Shown here in pieces: positions 1 through 9,102 of a DNA stretch of 29,189 nucleotides. Where the stretch lies: the NCBI GenBank assembly GCA_913040915.1, contig CAJWHW010000026.1:1-29189 (forward strand). Direction: 5' to 3'. Each line of letters begins with the position of its first letter. Within the stretch, counting starts at the first letter, position 1. The DNA is from an uncultured Fidelibacterota bacterium (GTDB lineage: Bacteria > Fidelibacterota > Marinisomatia > Marinisomatales > UBA1611). Under the pieces are notes generated by a model. It saw only the letters and a program-made list of their open reading frames with translations, was not told where the DNA came from and did no database searches. The position numbers and the translations under genes are program-made.

Positions 1-2704
1 ATGCATTATATTTCCCAGAGTTTACATTTAAAAAATAAACTCCGGTTGGTACTTTTCGACCCGTACGATCTTTACCATGCCATTGGACTGAATATTGTCC
101 TGCATCCTGATTTTCATTAATCAATACAGTTATTAAACGCCCTGATATATCATATACACTTACAATTAAATTATTTAATTCAGGTAGATTAATATCAACA
201 GTTGTAGAAGGGTTAAATGGGTTCGGATAGTTTTGACTTACGGAGAATGAAGTTGGGACTATCTTATCTTTTGAGTTGATTGCTGTCAAAGTCATCTCAT
301 AAAAACCTGTTCGCTCTTTATTACCACGGTGCATCTTCCATGAAGATCTCTCACCCATTGGTGACTTAATGTCAATAACTTGTAGGCCACTTGTTGTACC
401 GAAAACAATTTCATAATCATCATCACTATCAAGTCGTCCTATAGCTGGAGTACCTTCAATATCGCCTGGAACTGTGTAAGGAAAATTGTTAAAAATTGTT
501 CCATCATGATGAAAAATATATATTGTACCTGATTTATTAGATGTGACAATTTCCAAATCTCCATCATTATCTAAATCTGCTGTCACTGGACAAGAAACAG
601 CGTTACTACCCAAATCATATGGCCAACCATCTAATTCATTTTGAGTAGATGGATTCCATACATGGATATGGTCATCATAGCCCACAAACAATAATTCATG
701 AGAACCATCATCGTCAACATCAGCAACAGAAATACCACCACGGATATCATCTCCCACATCATAGGTTGCCAATTCAGTACCATCATGGTGCAGTACATAT
801 AATATCCCATCATCATTCCCAACAACGATCTCTAAATCGTTATCCCCATCTAAATCAACTAAAGTTGCAGGTGATCTAAAACGATGGGAAGCGACAAATG
901 GGAAACCATTCTTTACCGTTCCATCAATATTTACAGCATACACATTATCTTCATAGGTAGCTATAACAATGTCCAACAAGCCATCCCCTTCTAAATCACC
1001 AACAGAAGCACCTACTACCATTTTTTCATCCACATCAAAAGGAAATCCATCCACATTTTCGCCGGTATGATGTATTGCATATAAGGAACCAGAAGTCCCA
1101 TTTTGAGTTGTAAATATTATTTCTAAATCTCCATCACCATCTAAATCTGCTAAAGCAGGTGCCCCAATTATCCAACCAGCTTGGGGGTATGCTAGCTCCT
1201 GATTTCCATTGAGACTTAATATATAAAGATTACCATCATAGGATCCAAAAATAACTTCATTCTCACCATCCTGATCCACATCTCCCGCGGCTGGACTGGA
1301 TCGAATAAAATCTTCAGACTCAAAGGGGAAACCCGGAATAGCGATTCCTGCAATCATATAACTATATAGATTATCATCTTCACTACCAAAATAAATTTCC
1401 CCAAAGGTATTATTGTCTAGATCTGCAATTAGAGGAGATGATTTGATGGACATTCCGGTGACAGGAAATCCATATTGGTTCAAAGAAAGGGAAATTTGAA
1501 TTTCATTATCAATTTCATAAGGATATTCTTCACTGCCACTTGTAATATTTACATTGCAGGTAATATTACCTAATTGGGCGTCTGAATAAGCATAGACTTC
1601 GAACCAATCTAATAGTTCAAAGGTTACTTCTCCAGGATCAATAGGATCTTGAATATGAATAATACCATCTGTAATTGCCAATCTTTCATCTTCCGTTGAA
1701 AGAACTAGAGTCACATCAGAAGCAGTTGCGCCCCAATGGTTGGTTATGTTTGGTTTAATTTTTATCGTCTCTCCAGGATTAAAATTCCCATCTCCATCAT
1801 TATCATTGGTATAATTCAACCCACTAACAGACAGACTAGGATAATAAAACTCATTTTCTAAAAGACCTGGGTGGTAATTTTCTATCATTGTATATGCACG
1901 TGAAGCCTGTCCATCAGTAAAAACAGACTGGCAATCTGAATAATTCATATAATTTGTAACTGGATCATTACCTGGATCATCTGGGCAACTGTCTTGGTTT
2001 TGGTTACAGGAATAGATCGCATCTTCCGACATAGCAGGTGTATCATCCACGGCATCATTAGAAAGACCGCAACCTCCTTGAAAAGTATGAAATAGTCCAA
2101 AATAATGACCAGCTTCATGGGGTAAGGTTCCATTGTTAGGACTTATATAATTATAATGGATTGTAGTCCCTTGCCAGATACTGCCTTCTGGATTCCAAAA
2201 AGGAAAATAATTCCAACCCAGAGTTATATATCCTCCAGAAGCAATGGTCTTAACAGAATAGACATTATAATAATGGACAGGATCTATACTTAGTGAATCT
2301 CTCATAGCTTGTTCTTGAGAAGAATATGTAGCCGCATCATCAGAATTCACTTCAAACCATTCATCGCTCATCGTTCTCGTTACAGTATCAAGTGTAAAAT
2401 AATAATTGAAAGTTTCATTATATGCATTGTTCAAGCCTTCAACTGCTTGCTCAATTGTAAAATCACTGATATTTCCTTGGCCTGAAGAAGAATATATTAC
2501 ATGCCATGCAACTAATACATGTACAGCATCATTATCACGAACATCTCTATCATTTAAATCCCAGTATTCATCCACTAGTCTCCTAGTTTCAACAATCTCA
2601 TCTTCAGTTGGCTCCGGTGTGCCACAAACTTCTTGATACTGCTGCAAAAGAATAATATTACAAGAAAAAATAAAAATTGAAAAATATTTTGATAATATCC
2701 TCAT
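1..2704 (-). CDS. Secreted pappalysin/ulilysin-like (M43) zinc metalloprotease with Ig-like domain, FG-GAP repeat propeller and T9SS type-A/FlgD-like C-terminal domain; 3' end runs off the window
   Basis: Translated by hand; absent from the ORF track because no stop lies in the window. ATG at 2704 with RBS AAGGAG; signal-like MRILSKYFSIFIFSCNIILL; cysteine-switch-like VCGTPEP; HEAGHYFGLFH (2087-2119); Met-turn NYMNYSDC (~1946); about 8 FG-GAP-like motifs (e.g. GDVDQDGENEVIFG, ADLDGDGDLEII, ADLDNDGDLEIV); then QNYPNPFNPST...WHGKDRTGRKVPTGVYFL. The frame at 2704 matches the frame at the left edge. Confidence 0.9.
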   Translation of the reverse strand, partial: MRILSKYFSIFIFSCNIILLQQYQEVCGTPEPTEDEIVETRRLVDEYWDLNDRDVRDNDAVHVLVAWHVIYSSSGQGNISDFTIEQAVEGLNNAYNETFNYYFTLDTVTRTMSDEWFEVNSDDAATYSSQEQAMRDSLSIDPVHYYNVYSVKTIASGGYITLGWNYFPFWNPEGSIWQGTTIHYNYISPNNGTLPHEAGHYFGLFHTFQGGCGLSNDAVDDTPAMSEDAIYSCNQNQDSCPDDPGNDPVTNYMNYSDCQSVFTDGQASRAYTMIENYHPGLLENEFYYPSLSVSGLNYTNDNDGDGNFNPGETIKIKPNITNHWGATASDVTLVLSTEDERLAITDGIIHIQDPIDPGEVTFELLDWFEVYAYSDAQLGNITCNVNITSGSEEYPYEIDNEIQISLSLNQYGFPVTGMSIKSSPLIADLDNNTFGEIYFGSEDDNLYSYMIAGIAIPGFPFESEDFIRSSPAAGDVDQDGENEVIFGSYDGNLYILSLNGNQELAYPQAGWIIGAPALADLDGDGDLEIIFTTQNGTSGSLYAIHHTGENVDGFPFDVDEKMVVGASVGDLEGDGLLDIVIATYEDNVYAVNIDGTVKNGFPFVASHRFRSPATLVDLDGDNDLEIVVGNDDGILYVLHHDGTELATYDVGDDIRGGISVADVDDDGSHELLFVGYDDHIHVWNPSTQNELDGWPYDLGSNAVSCPVTADLDNDGDLEIVTSNKSGTIYIFHHDGTIFNNFPYTVPGDIEGTPAIGRLDSDDDYEIVFGTTSGLQVIDIKSPMGERSSWKMHRGNKERTGFYEMTLTAINSKDKIVPTSFSVSQNYPNPFNPSTTVDINLPELNNLIVSVYDISGRLITVLINENQDAGQYSVQWHGKDRTGRKVPTGVYFLNVNSGKYNA

Positions 2705-2745
2705 CTGGATCTCCTTAATATGATTAGAAATATATGACTCATTTA

Positions 2746-5577
2746 CTACTTCATCAATACTAGTTTCTTTGTTGAAGAGAAAATAAAAACTCCAGACGGA
2801 TTACTTGCATTTAACTGATAAAAATAAATACCAGATGACAAATCACTTGCATTCAAACTATATACATAGTGCCCTGCGTTGAAGTTTCGTTTTACAAGTG
2901 TTTTTACTATACGTCCGGTTACATCAAAAAGAATAAGTTCAATAGATGCAGCAGATGCCAGATCAAATTCGATAGTTGTTGTTGGATTAAATGGGTTTGG
3001 GTAGTTTTTGTTGAGTCCAAAAGATTTTGGAATGCTTACTGTTGATCCATCTTCTACACGCAAAACATTTGCAGAATCCAATTCGGCGCGAATCATCATA
3101 GCACCTTCTGCCCAATTCCCAAAAGGCTCCCATCCATTACCAAAACCTAAATCAATCATACTATTTGGTGATGGACTATCAGTATCTATTCCTATAGGTG
3201 GTGTCTGGTTTGTTTCTTGCCAACCCACATAAAAACTACCTTCAGTGATTGTAATACCAAAATCGTATAATGGTATTGATTTCCAAGAATTACCAACAAA
3301 CGTTATCGGAAGTTCTTCTAATAAAATTGTACCAGGCATCCCATTATCTCCATCATCATCCCAAACATGGACAAGCCCCATACCATTGGTATTTCCCACA
3401 GTATAAAAACTAGCACGATATAAATCTGCTGGGTAACCGGTAGGCGTAAATTTTACTGCAAGAAAATTTAATGTTCCCGCATTAATACTAGTTTCAAATG
3501 TACCATCATCATACGCTATTTCATAAATTGTTTCAGCTTCCGGTATGGCACATAACGGACCCGATAAGTCACTTTCTTCATCTCCATATACAGCAGAAAC
3601 TTTATAACAATATTCAACACCATTATTGGTTATATTATCAACATAATAATTCTGACTTATGTTAGACCCATTAAACATCAACTGCCATTGACTGCCGTCT
3701 ATACCTGGATCACGATACACATTGAAACTTGGCTCTACAGCTGTTCCTGTAGTTGTTACAGTAGAACGAATCAGCCACTCACCACCAACATCTAATATGT
3801 CATTAATTCCCCTCCAATCGTTAGTACTAAAACTTGGACTGCTAATGTAAGAATAACCAGTAGTTGCATTTTCATCTATGCTCATATAGACCGTAGAATC
3901 AACAACAAGAGCGATTAAAAAGTCACCTTCAAAAGTCCAATCAGAAAACTCAACAGTTGTCCATGTCTCATCTTCTAATATCGCAGTGGTGGTATAAATC
4001 GGTGTGATTTCAGGGATTCCTATGGGTGAAACATTATAAGCTTCAATTCCAGCTGAGATTGGAATATCATTTAAAGAATTGGGAGCAAAACTAGCTGAAT
4101 GAACTACAACAGATTCTGTACCGTAAGGCATATCAAAAATAGATCCAAATCGAACTGTATCCACACTCCAAGCCCAGCTATTCTCTGGGGTTCCGTCATC
4201 ATGGACTACTTCATCATTTTCGTAAGATTCTGATGGAGGCATATCCCAATTAAGTGTAACTTGTTGATTGCCAGAAGAAATACTAAGGTTTTGAACTGTT
4301 GGTACAACATTATACTCCACTTTCCAAACATGAAAATCATCTATAAATAAACCAGCGCCATTTCCACCATCATCATTATCATCTAAACGAACTCTCCAAC
4401 GGAACATAACATCTGATCCAGCAAAATTAGAAAGATCTAAGTTTACGTTTCCATTCCAAGGATCTCCAGCATCATAACTGTCCCAACCTGATCCACCAGG
4501 TGATAAGGCACCACCATAATCATAAAAAATTTCTTCCCATGCAACCCCTTGTGCTGTCATGGAAACCTGTTCATCAGCATTATCAGTAAATACGATACCT
4601 TCATTTGAATTTGATACTGCTACATTATCAACAAAAAATCCAGTAATCGTTGCATCGTCGACTGTGGAGTACGCAGGATCAGAACCAAATGCAAATCTAA
4701 TCTTGACAGTCTGGCCCGCATAAGCGTTTAAATCAAATGTTCCATCAACCCATTGCGCAGGGGCAGAACCGCCACTATATCCACCCCAACCAGGAATATT
4801 GGCACCTTCTCCATTATAGCCCCAGCCATATCCACTTGAAAAATCATAGGCAGGAGAACCATTCAATACTTCCCATGTTTCAAAATTATCATTGGAAATT
4901 CTGACATTTGCCGCATCCCAACCATTATATGGTGGATAATCTCCTGGTAACTCAATTGCATAAAATAACTTGAATGTTAAAATATTTTCCCCATCTACAG
5001 GAAGGGGAATTTCAGGTGTATCCAAAAACTGAAGCCAGCCATCTAGATATCCTCCTACTTCTTCACTTCCACACCACCAGGAATTTTCTGAATAAGCATT
5101 ATAATCTGAAATATGCCAAGGTGTAGCACCCAAATCGGCAATGTCCATAAAATAATAATCATCAAGATAATCATCGTTATCTCCATTATAATCAGGTAGG
5201 TCACAATTCAACATAAATGAAAAAGTAATGCCTGAATTTTCATCAATCTCAATTTCCGGAATAGTAATTATGGGAGAGAGAAGTGAAGATGTTGCACCAT
5301 TATTATTGTCATCGATATTATAGCTATAGAAAGGGCTATAGGAATCTTCTTCAGTTAGGCCCCACTCTGGGTCAGCAGTCCAATTAGTTACATCACCTTC
5401 GAAATCTTCAAAAAAAATGGTAATGGTATCGTCTCGGGAAGTTAATGTATTCCTGCTTTGTTGTATGCCATCATTATAAAAAAGGACTGATTCGGTTCTA
5501 TTTGGCTGGTATGGAAGATAAAGTTCCTTCGAGTATAAAATACTAAAAATTGTGATTATTGTTAAGGTAAAACGCAT
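2746..5577 (-). CDS. Secreted acidic multi-beta-sandwich protein (immune-inhibitor-A C-terminal/MAM-like jelly rolls, Fn3-like domain) with T9SS type-A CTD, ~943 aa
   Basis: ORF 2746-5637. The likely start is ATG 5577 (MRFTLTIITIFSILYS signal peptide, RBS AAAGGGG); the longer start lies inside a hairpin. Motifs FDLNAYAGQTVKIRFAFGSD...GFFVDNV, VTLNWDMP...FNVYRD...YCYKVSAVY, and KNYPNPFNPTT...LSSGIYFY...KKLVLMK. Confidence 0.85.
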   Translation of the reverse strand: MRFTLTIITIFSILYSKELYLPYQPNRTESVLFYNDGIQQSRNTLTSRDDTITIFFEDFEGDVTNWTADPEWGLTEEDSYSPFYSYNIDDNNNGATSSLLSPIITIPEIEIDENSGITFSFMLNCDLPDYNGDNDDYLDDYYFMDIADLGATPWHISDYNAYSENSWWCGSEEVGGYLDGWLQFLDTPEIPLPVDGENILTFKLFYAIELPGDYPPYNGWDAANVRISNDNFETWEVLNGSPAYDFSSGYGWGYNGEGANIPGWGGYSGGSAPAQWVDGTFDLNAYAGQTVKIRFAFGSDPAYSTVDDATITGFFVDNVAVSNSNEGIVFTDNADEQVSMTAQGVAWEEIFYDYGGALSPGGSGWDSYDAGDPWNGNVNLDLSNFAGSDVMFRWRVRLDDNDDGGNGAGLFIDDFHVWKVEYNVVPTVQNLSISSGNQQVTLNWDMPPSESYENDEVVHDDGTPENSWAWSVDTVRFGSIFDMPYGTESVVVHSASFAPNSLNDIPISAGIEAYNVSPIGIPEITPIYTTTAILEDETWTTVEFSDWTFEGDFLIALVVDSTVYMSIDENATTGYSYISSPSFSTNDWRGINDILDVGGEWLIRSTVTTTGTAVEPSFNVYRDPGIDGSQWQLMFNGSNISQNYYVDNITNNGVEYCYKVSAVYGDEESDLSGPLCAIPEAETIYEIAYDDGTFETSINAGTLNFLAVKFTPTGYPADLYRASFYTVGNTNGMGLVHVWDDDGDNGMPGTILLEELPITFVGNSWKSIPLYDFGITITEGSFYVGWQETNQTPPIGIDTDSPSPNSMIDLGFGNGWEPFGNWAEGAMMIRAELDSANVLRVEDGSTVSIPKSFGLNKNYPNPFNPTTTIEFDLASAASIELILFDVTGRIVKTLVKRNFNAGHYVYSLNASDLSSGIYFYQLNASNPSGVFIFSSTKKLVLMK

Positions 5578-5607
5578 CCAGAATTCCCCTTTCTTTATAT
5601 CTAAAAC

Positions 5608-5651
5608 GATAAAGTGGGACATTGCCCTCATGAACAATGCCCCACTTTATC
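5608..5651 (-). terminator. 17-bp stem-loop: intrinsic terminator or mRNA-stabilising hairpin
   Basis: Minus strand reads GATAAAGTGGGGCATTG-N10-CAATGTCCCACTTTATC (one G-U pair), followed by GTTTT. It begins 24 nt after the stop of the 760-aa gene. Confidence 0.65.
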
Positions 5652-5675
5652 AATCTATCATTTTCCTTATTATAC

Positions 5676-7958
5676 TTATTTCATTAATACCAGTTTACGA
5701 GTTTGTACGATATCGTTTGCTGTCATAGTATAGAAATAGACCCCACTAGATAATTGTGAACCATCAAAAGTAAAATCATAAGTACCAACTGGTTTGTGCT
5801 CATTAATAAGTGTTTTGACTTTTACACCTCTTACATCAAATAATTCTAATGATACCTGTCCAGCAGAATTTATTTCATACTGTATCTGGGTAACTGGGTT
5901 GAATGGATTTGGAAAATTTTGTTTAAGCGTGAAAGATGAAGGTATGACTTCTTCACCGGTTGCCAGATCTGTATATTCCCAATCATTCTCATAAATACCT
6001 ACAAAGTACCAATTCTTATAATCTTCATAGCCATCATTATCACTTATCGTGTTTACGTTAGGATCCATCATTTGATAAAAAACGCCCACGGATTCATCCA
6101 TACCTTGGTTAGCAAGATGAACACCATATTCTAAAGCAGCTTCTTCCGGATATCCTAAAGCTGTTATAGCCCCCGTAGATGATGTATTGGTCACATTCTC
6201 CGGCTCTGACCAATTGCGTCCATTATCAGTTGACTTTGCCATCCAAACGTCAATATCAGTAGGAATGATTGTACTATCTTCTCCTCCACCATATTCATAT
6301 TCAGACATTCCCGAAATGGAGAACCACATCACGTCTTCAGATTCTGCGCTCATAGTAATATTTGGAAAAAAGTACTGCATGGTTCCAAGAAAATCATCTT
6401 CGCCGCTATGATATTGTGTTTTAATATTTGAATTAAACCAATCTGCTTCATATTCCATAGACATATCATAGATCAAAGATCCAGTCCAATTGTCTTCATC
6501 AGCCATAGGATCAGGGCTATAAATATGCAAGATACCTGTTCCACCTAAACCGTAAAATGAATACAAGGAATCGGCATAGCCATCACCATCTAGATCTTGG
6601 CAGCCAATGCCAGCGTAGTCTCTACATACATATCTCGTTGTTGGAAATACAATGTGTAGACCGCCATTTACATCAGTCCGAATTTCAGCGGTATAGAACG
6701 GATCCCAACCCGAAGCCATTAGCCAGGGAACAAGACTTACTCCGTCTTCATCAAATTCATCATCATAAAAAAGTGTGTCACCATAATGATAATAATATTC
6801 ATTTCCTTCTGCAGCCCATGCTGAATAAAGTGAATCGGTCAACCGGTGGGCGACAGCTTCACCAACTATATGATAACCAGAATTTTTGAATCCGCCTTCA
6901 TCTGTCCAGGTCTCACCAAAGTCTTCTGTCTTTTTTATAAATATTGAGTGAGCATAGTAACTAGCATTGTCAACATCGGTATCATCACCATCATAGTCAT
7001 CTAAATTCGGCCAACCAACCTGCACCATATATCCAACACCATCAGCATTTATATGATAATCAGGACCGCTAACATAATTACCACCGTAAAATAATGTGTC
7101 ACCATCTTCTGTCATTTCCAAATCATCAGAAAGAACATATGCGTTATTCATAAGAAAACTTCCACTAGTAGTCTGGTAAAAACTTGTAATCATATAAGTT
7201 TTATATTCATTTAATGCCCAGGTATTATAAGCGCCCAAGAATTTATAAGAATTCCCTGCTGGAATTATCATTGCGTTACCATACCAAAGATCGGGAGGAT
7301 CGCAAGGAAAAGTATTACATCCGTTATTTGTTGCCATGGGATCAATCCAATAAGCATCTTCGCCCATACCTAATGTATTAAAGGTGTATAAAGGATAACC
7401 ACCATATTGGCCACCACCGAATGTAGGCAATGTATATTCATTCCAAATTGCAGTGGGTTTTGCACCTTCCCAAAAACCTGCACTGGGATACCGCCCTTGC
7501 GGTGGGCCACCACCAGTTGCAGTAGGAAGATTAGGTGCTTCATCACCATTTGGATATTTCAAATTTAATTCCTGAGACTGGAACCATTCTTCCCCATCTT
7601 CGGATTGTGCAGCACCAATAATCCCGTGAGTGGATTGAGATGAGATCCATTGGCGATAAACAGCAAAATATCCTTCATCAACACCATATGCAAGCGGGTT
7701 AGTTGTTTTACCAAAACCGCCATATCCATTCCTACCTGAATCTATGAGCACTGAATTAAATTCACCGTCCCGACTGTTAGCCTTTGGAGCTTTTCCATGA
7801 TTGTAGGAAATACCATGTGTATTAAATGAACTTTGCCCATCAACAAGTTTAATTCGTTCTAAAGCAAGTCTTGAAATATCTTTTTTCTGTGCATAGACTA
7901 GATTGGATAAAGAAAATAATAAAATTACCGTTAGTAATGATTTAGCTTTTTCTAGCAT
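5676..7958 (-). CDS. Secreted Asp-box (BNR/sialidase-like) beta-propeller protein with T9SS type-A CTD, 760 aa
   Basis: Signal peptide MLEKAKSLLTVILLFSLSNLVYA; Asp-box-like QSEDGEEW, KTEDFGETW, KSTDNGRNW; CTD KQNFPNPFNPVT...LSSGVYFY...RKLVLMK; RBS GAGG. Confidence 0.8.
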   Translation of the reverse strand: MLEKAKSLLTVILLFSLSNLVYAQKKDISRLALERIKLVDGQSSFNTHGISYNHGKAPKANSRDGEFNSVLIDSGRNGYGGFGKTTNPLAYGVDEGYFAVYRQWISSQSTHGIIGAAQSEDGEEWFQSQELNLKYPNGDEAPNLPTATGGGPPQGRYPSAGFWEGAKPTAIWNEYTLPTFGGGQYGGYPLYTFNTLGMGEDAYWIDPMATNNGCNTFPCDPPDLWYGNAMIIPAGNSYKFLGAYNTWALNEYKTYMITSFYQTTSGSFLMNNAYVLSDDLEMTEDGDTLFYGGNYVSGPDYHINADGVGYMVQVGWPNLDDYDGDDTDVDNASYYAHSIFIKKTEDFGETWTDEGGFKNSGYHIVGEAVAHRLTDSLYSAWAAEGNEYYYHYGDTLFYDDEFDEDGVSLVPWLMASGWDPFYTAEIRTDVNGGLHIVFPTTRYVCRDYAGIGCQDLDGDGYADSLYSFYGLGGTGILHIYSPDPMADEDNWTGSLIYDMSMEYEADWFNSNIKTQYHSGEDDFLGTMQYFFPNITMSAESEDVMWFSISGMSEYEYGGGEDSTIIPTDIDVWMAKSTDNGRNWSEPENVTNTSSTGAITALGYPEEAALEYGVHLANQGMDESVGVFYQMMDPNVNTISDNDGYEDYKNWYFVGIYENDWEYTDLATGEEVIPSSFTLKQNFPNPFNPVTQIQYEINSAGQVSLELFDVRGVKVKTLINEHKPVGTYDFTFDGSQLSSGVYFYTMTANDIVQTRKLVLMK

Positions 7959-7993
7959 AATTAGGTCCTCTCTCTTTTTGATTTTTAATTGTT

Positions 7994-8038
7994 ATAGTAC
8001 TTATCGGATGTAGAGTGGATTAGGAATATAAGTACCAT
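7994..8038. promoter_or_regulatory. 11-bp inverted repeat with 23-nt spacer, overlapping a candidate -10-like element
   Basis: ATAGTACTTAT (7994-8004) and ATAAGTACCAT (8028-8038), one mismatch that is G-U on the minus strand. Lies in the 99-bp gap before the 760-aa gene. Confidence 0.35.
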
Positions 8039-8056
8039 CTATTATAAAATTCTACG

Positions 8057-9102
8057 TTTAAAATTCGAGTCCAATAGCAAATTGATTGGTCTGTTTCAAC
8101 ACATCATAATTCACATGAGCATAATCTACCCGCAAAGCCATTTTACCCAAACGCAAATTCACTCCCGCACCAATACTCCACTTGGCCGTATCATGGTTTA
8201 AATGAGTGCCAATCCTCACAAATGCTATATTCTCCCAGCCATATTCTAGGCCCATACTACCATAAACGACATAGTCACTGGGCTTGATCCCATCCATGCT
8301 GATGATCAACCGGTGACTCTCATTTTTCATAAATGCACTACTGGGCCCCATTAATTCATTCTCTATACCTAAACGGAATATGAGTGGTAGAGGAAACTTA
8401 TCCGTAATGCGCTCTAAACTCTCATCCACATCAATGGTGTCCGGTACCTGTACAGAGAGCCCTTCTCCAGCATACTCAACTTCAGGGCCAAAATTGGTAA
8501 TACTCATACCCAGGATTGTACCATAGATACCTGTATCAAAATTGGAACCTATATCATAGGATACAGCTTGCATGCCTGTCTCCCATATCTTATCCCGGAT
8601 ATAATTAATAGAAGTGCCAATCTTTAGTCTATCTGTTAATGACCTGGCGTATGTAGCTCGAATGGCCATAGACTCTACTTTAAAATCTTCACCTGTCCCA
8701 TCGGGGAATAGCTCTGTAGTTACTGCCATGGGACCACTATCTAAATAAAACAAGTGAAACCCAATAAAATCAGAAGGACCAATCCTCGTGCCATAGGTTA
8801 ATACACCATGTTTAATCCCTGCTAGGTAATTTACTTGAGAAAAATAGGCTTCCTGCTTCTCAATAAAACCAATACTGGATGGATTATAAGGGATACCAGA
8901 AACACCCCGACCCGAAGCAACGTTGGAGCCACCCATACCAATAGCCCTGGCTGAAGTCTCAAGCTTTAAAAAACTGCCTGCAGCTGTAGCAACCTTTGTA
9001 ACAACATCAGGTATATCCCGATATTGAGCAAATACAAAATAGGGCAATAATAACAGTGCTAGGTATCTGCTCTTCATCGAATTACCGCAAATTTGCCAAT
9101 AT
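8057..9102. repeat. 1046-bp direct repeat, copy 1
   Basis: Line-by-line comparison with 14048-15093 (offset 5991) found no mismatch. First mismatches are at 8056/14047 and 9103/15094. Confidence 0.95.
8058..9077 (-). CDS. PorV/PorQ (UPF0164, FadL-like) family outer-membrane beta-barrel protein, copy 1, 339 aa
   Basis: Signal peptide; family-like N-terminal motif AGSFLKLETSARAIGMGG...YNPS; amphipathic beta-strands; terminal Phe (GLEF); ATGA overlap with the upstream gene. Confidence 0.85.
   Translation of the reverse strand: MKSRYLALLLLPYFVFAQYRDIPDVVTKVATAAGSFLKLETSARAIGMGGSNVASGRGVSGIPYNPSSIGFIEKQEAYFSQVNYLAGIKHGVLTYGTRIGPSDFIGFHLFYLDSGPMAVTTELFPDGTGEDFKVESMAIRATYARSLTDRLKIGTSINYIRDKIWETGMQAVSYDIGSNFDTGIYGTILGMSITNFGPEVEYAGEGLSVQVPDTIDVDESLERITDKFPLPLIFRLGIENELMGPSSAFMKNESHRLIISMDGIKPSDYVVYGSMGLEYGWENIAFVRIGTHLNHDTAKWSIGAGVNLRLGKMALRVDYAHVNYDVLKQTNQFAIGLEF

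Noticed and set aside
631..2636. Short ORFs at 631-825, 649-879 (His-rich), 1945-2133 and 2406-2636
   Set aside because: All lie within the M43 protease gene. Their Met/His bias is a frame-shifted or antisense shadow of Asp (GAT) codons.
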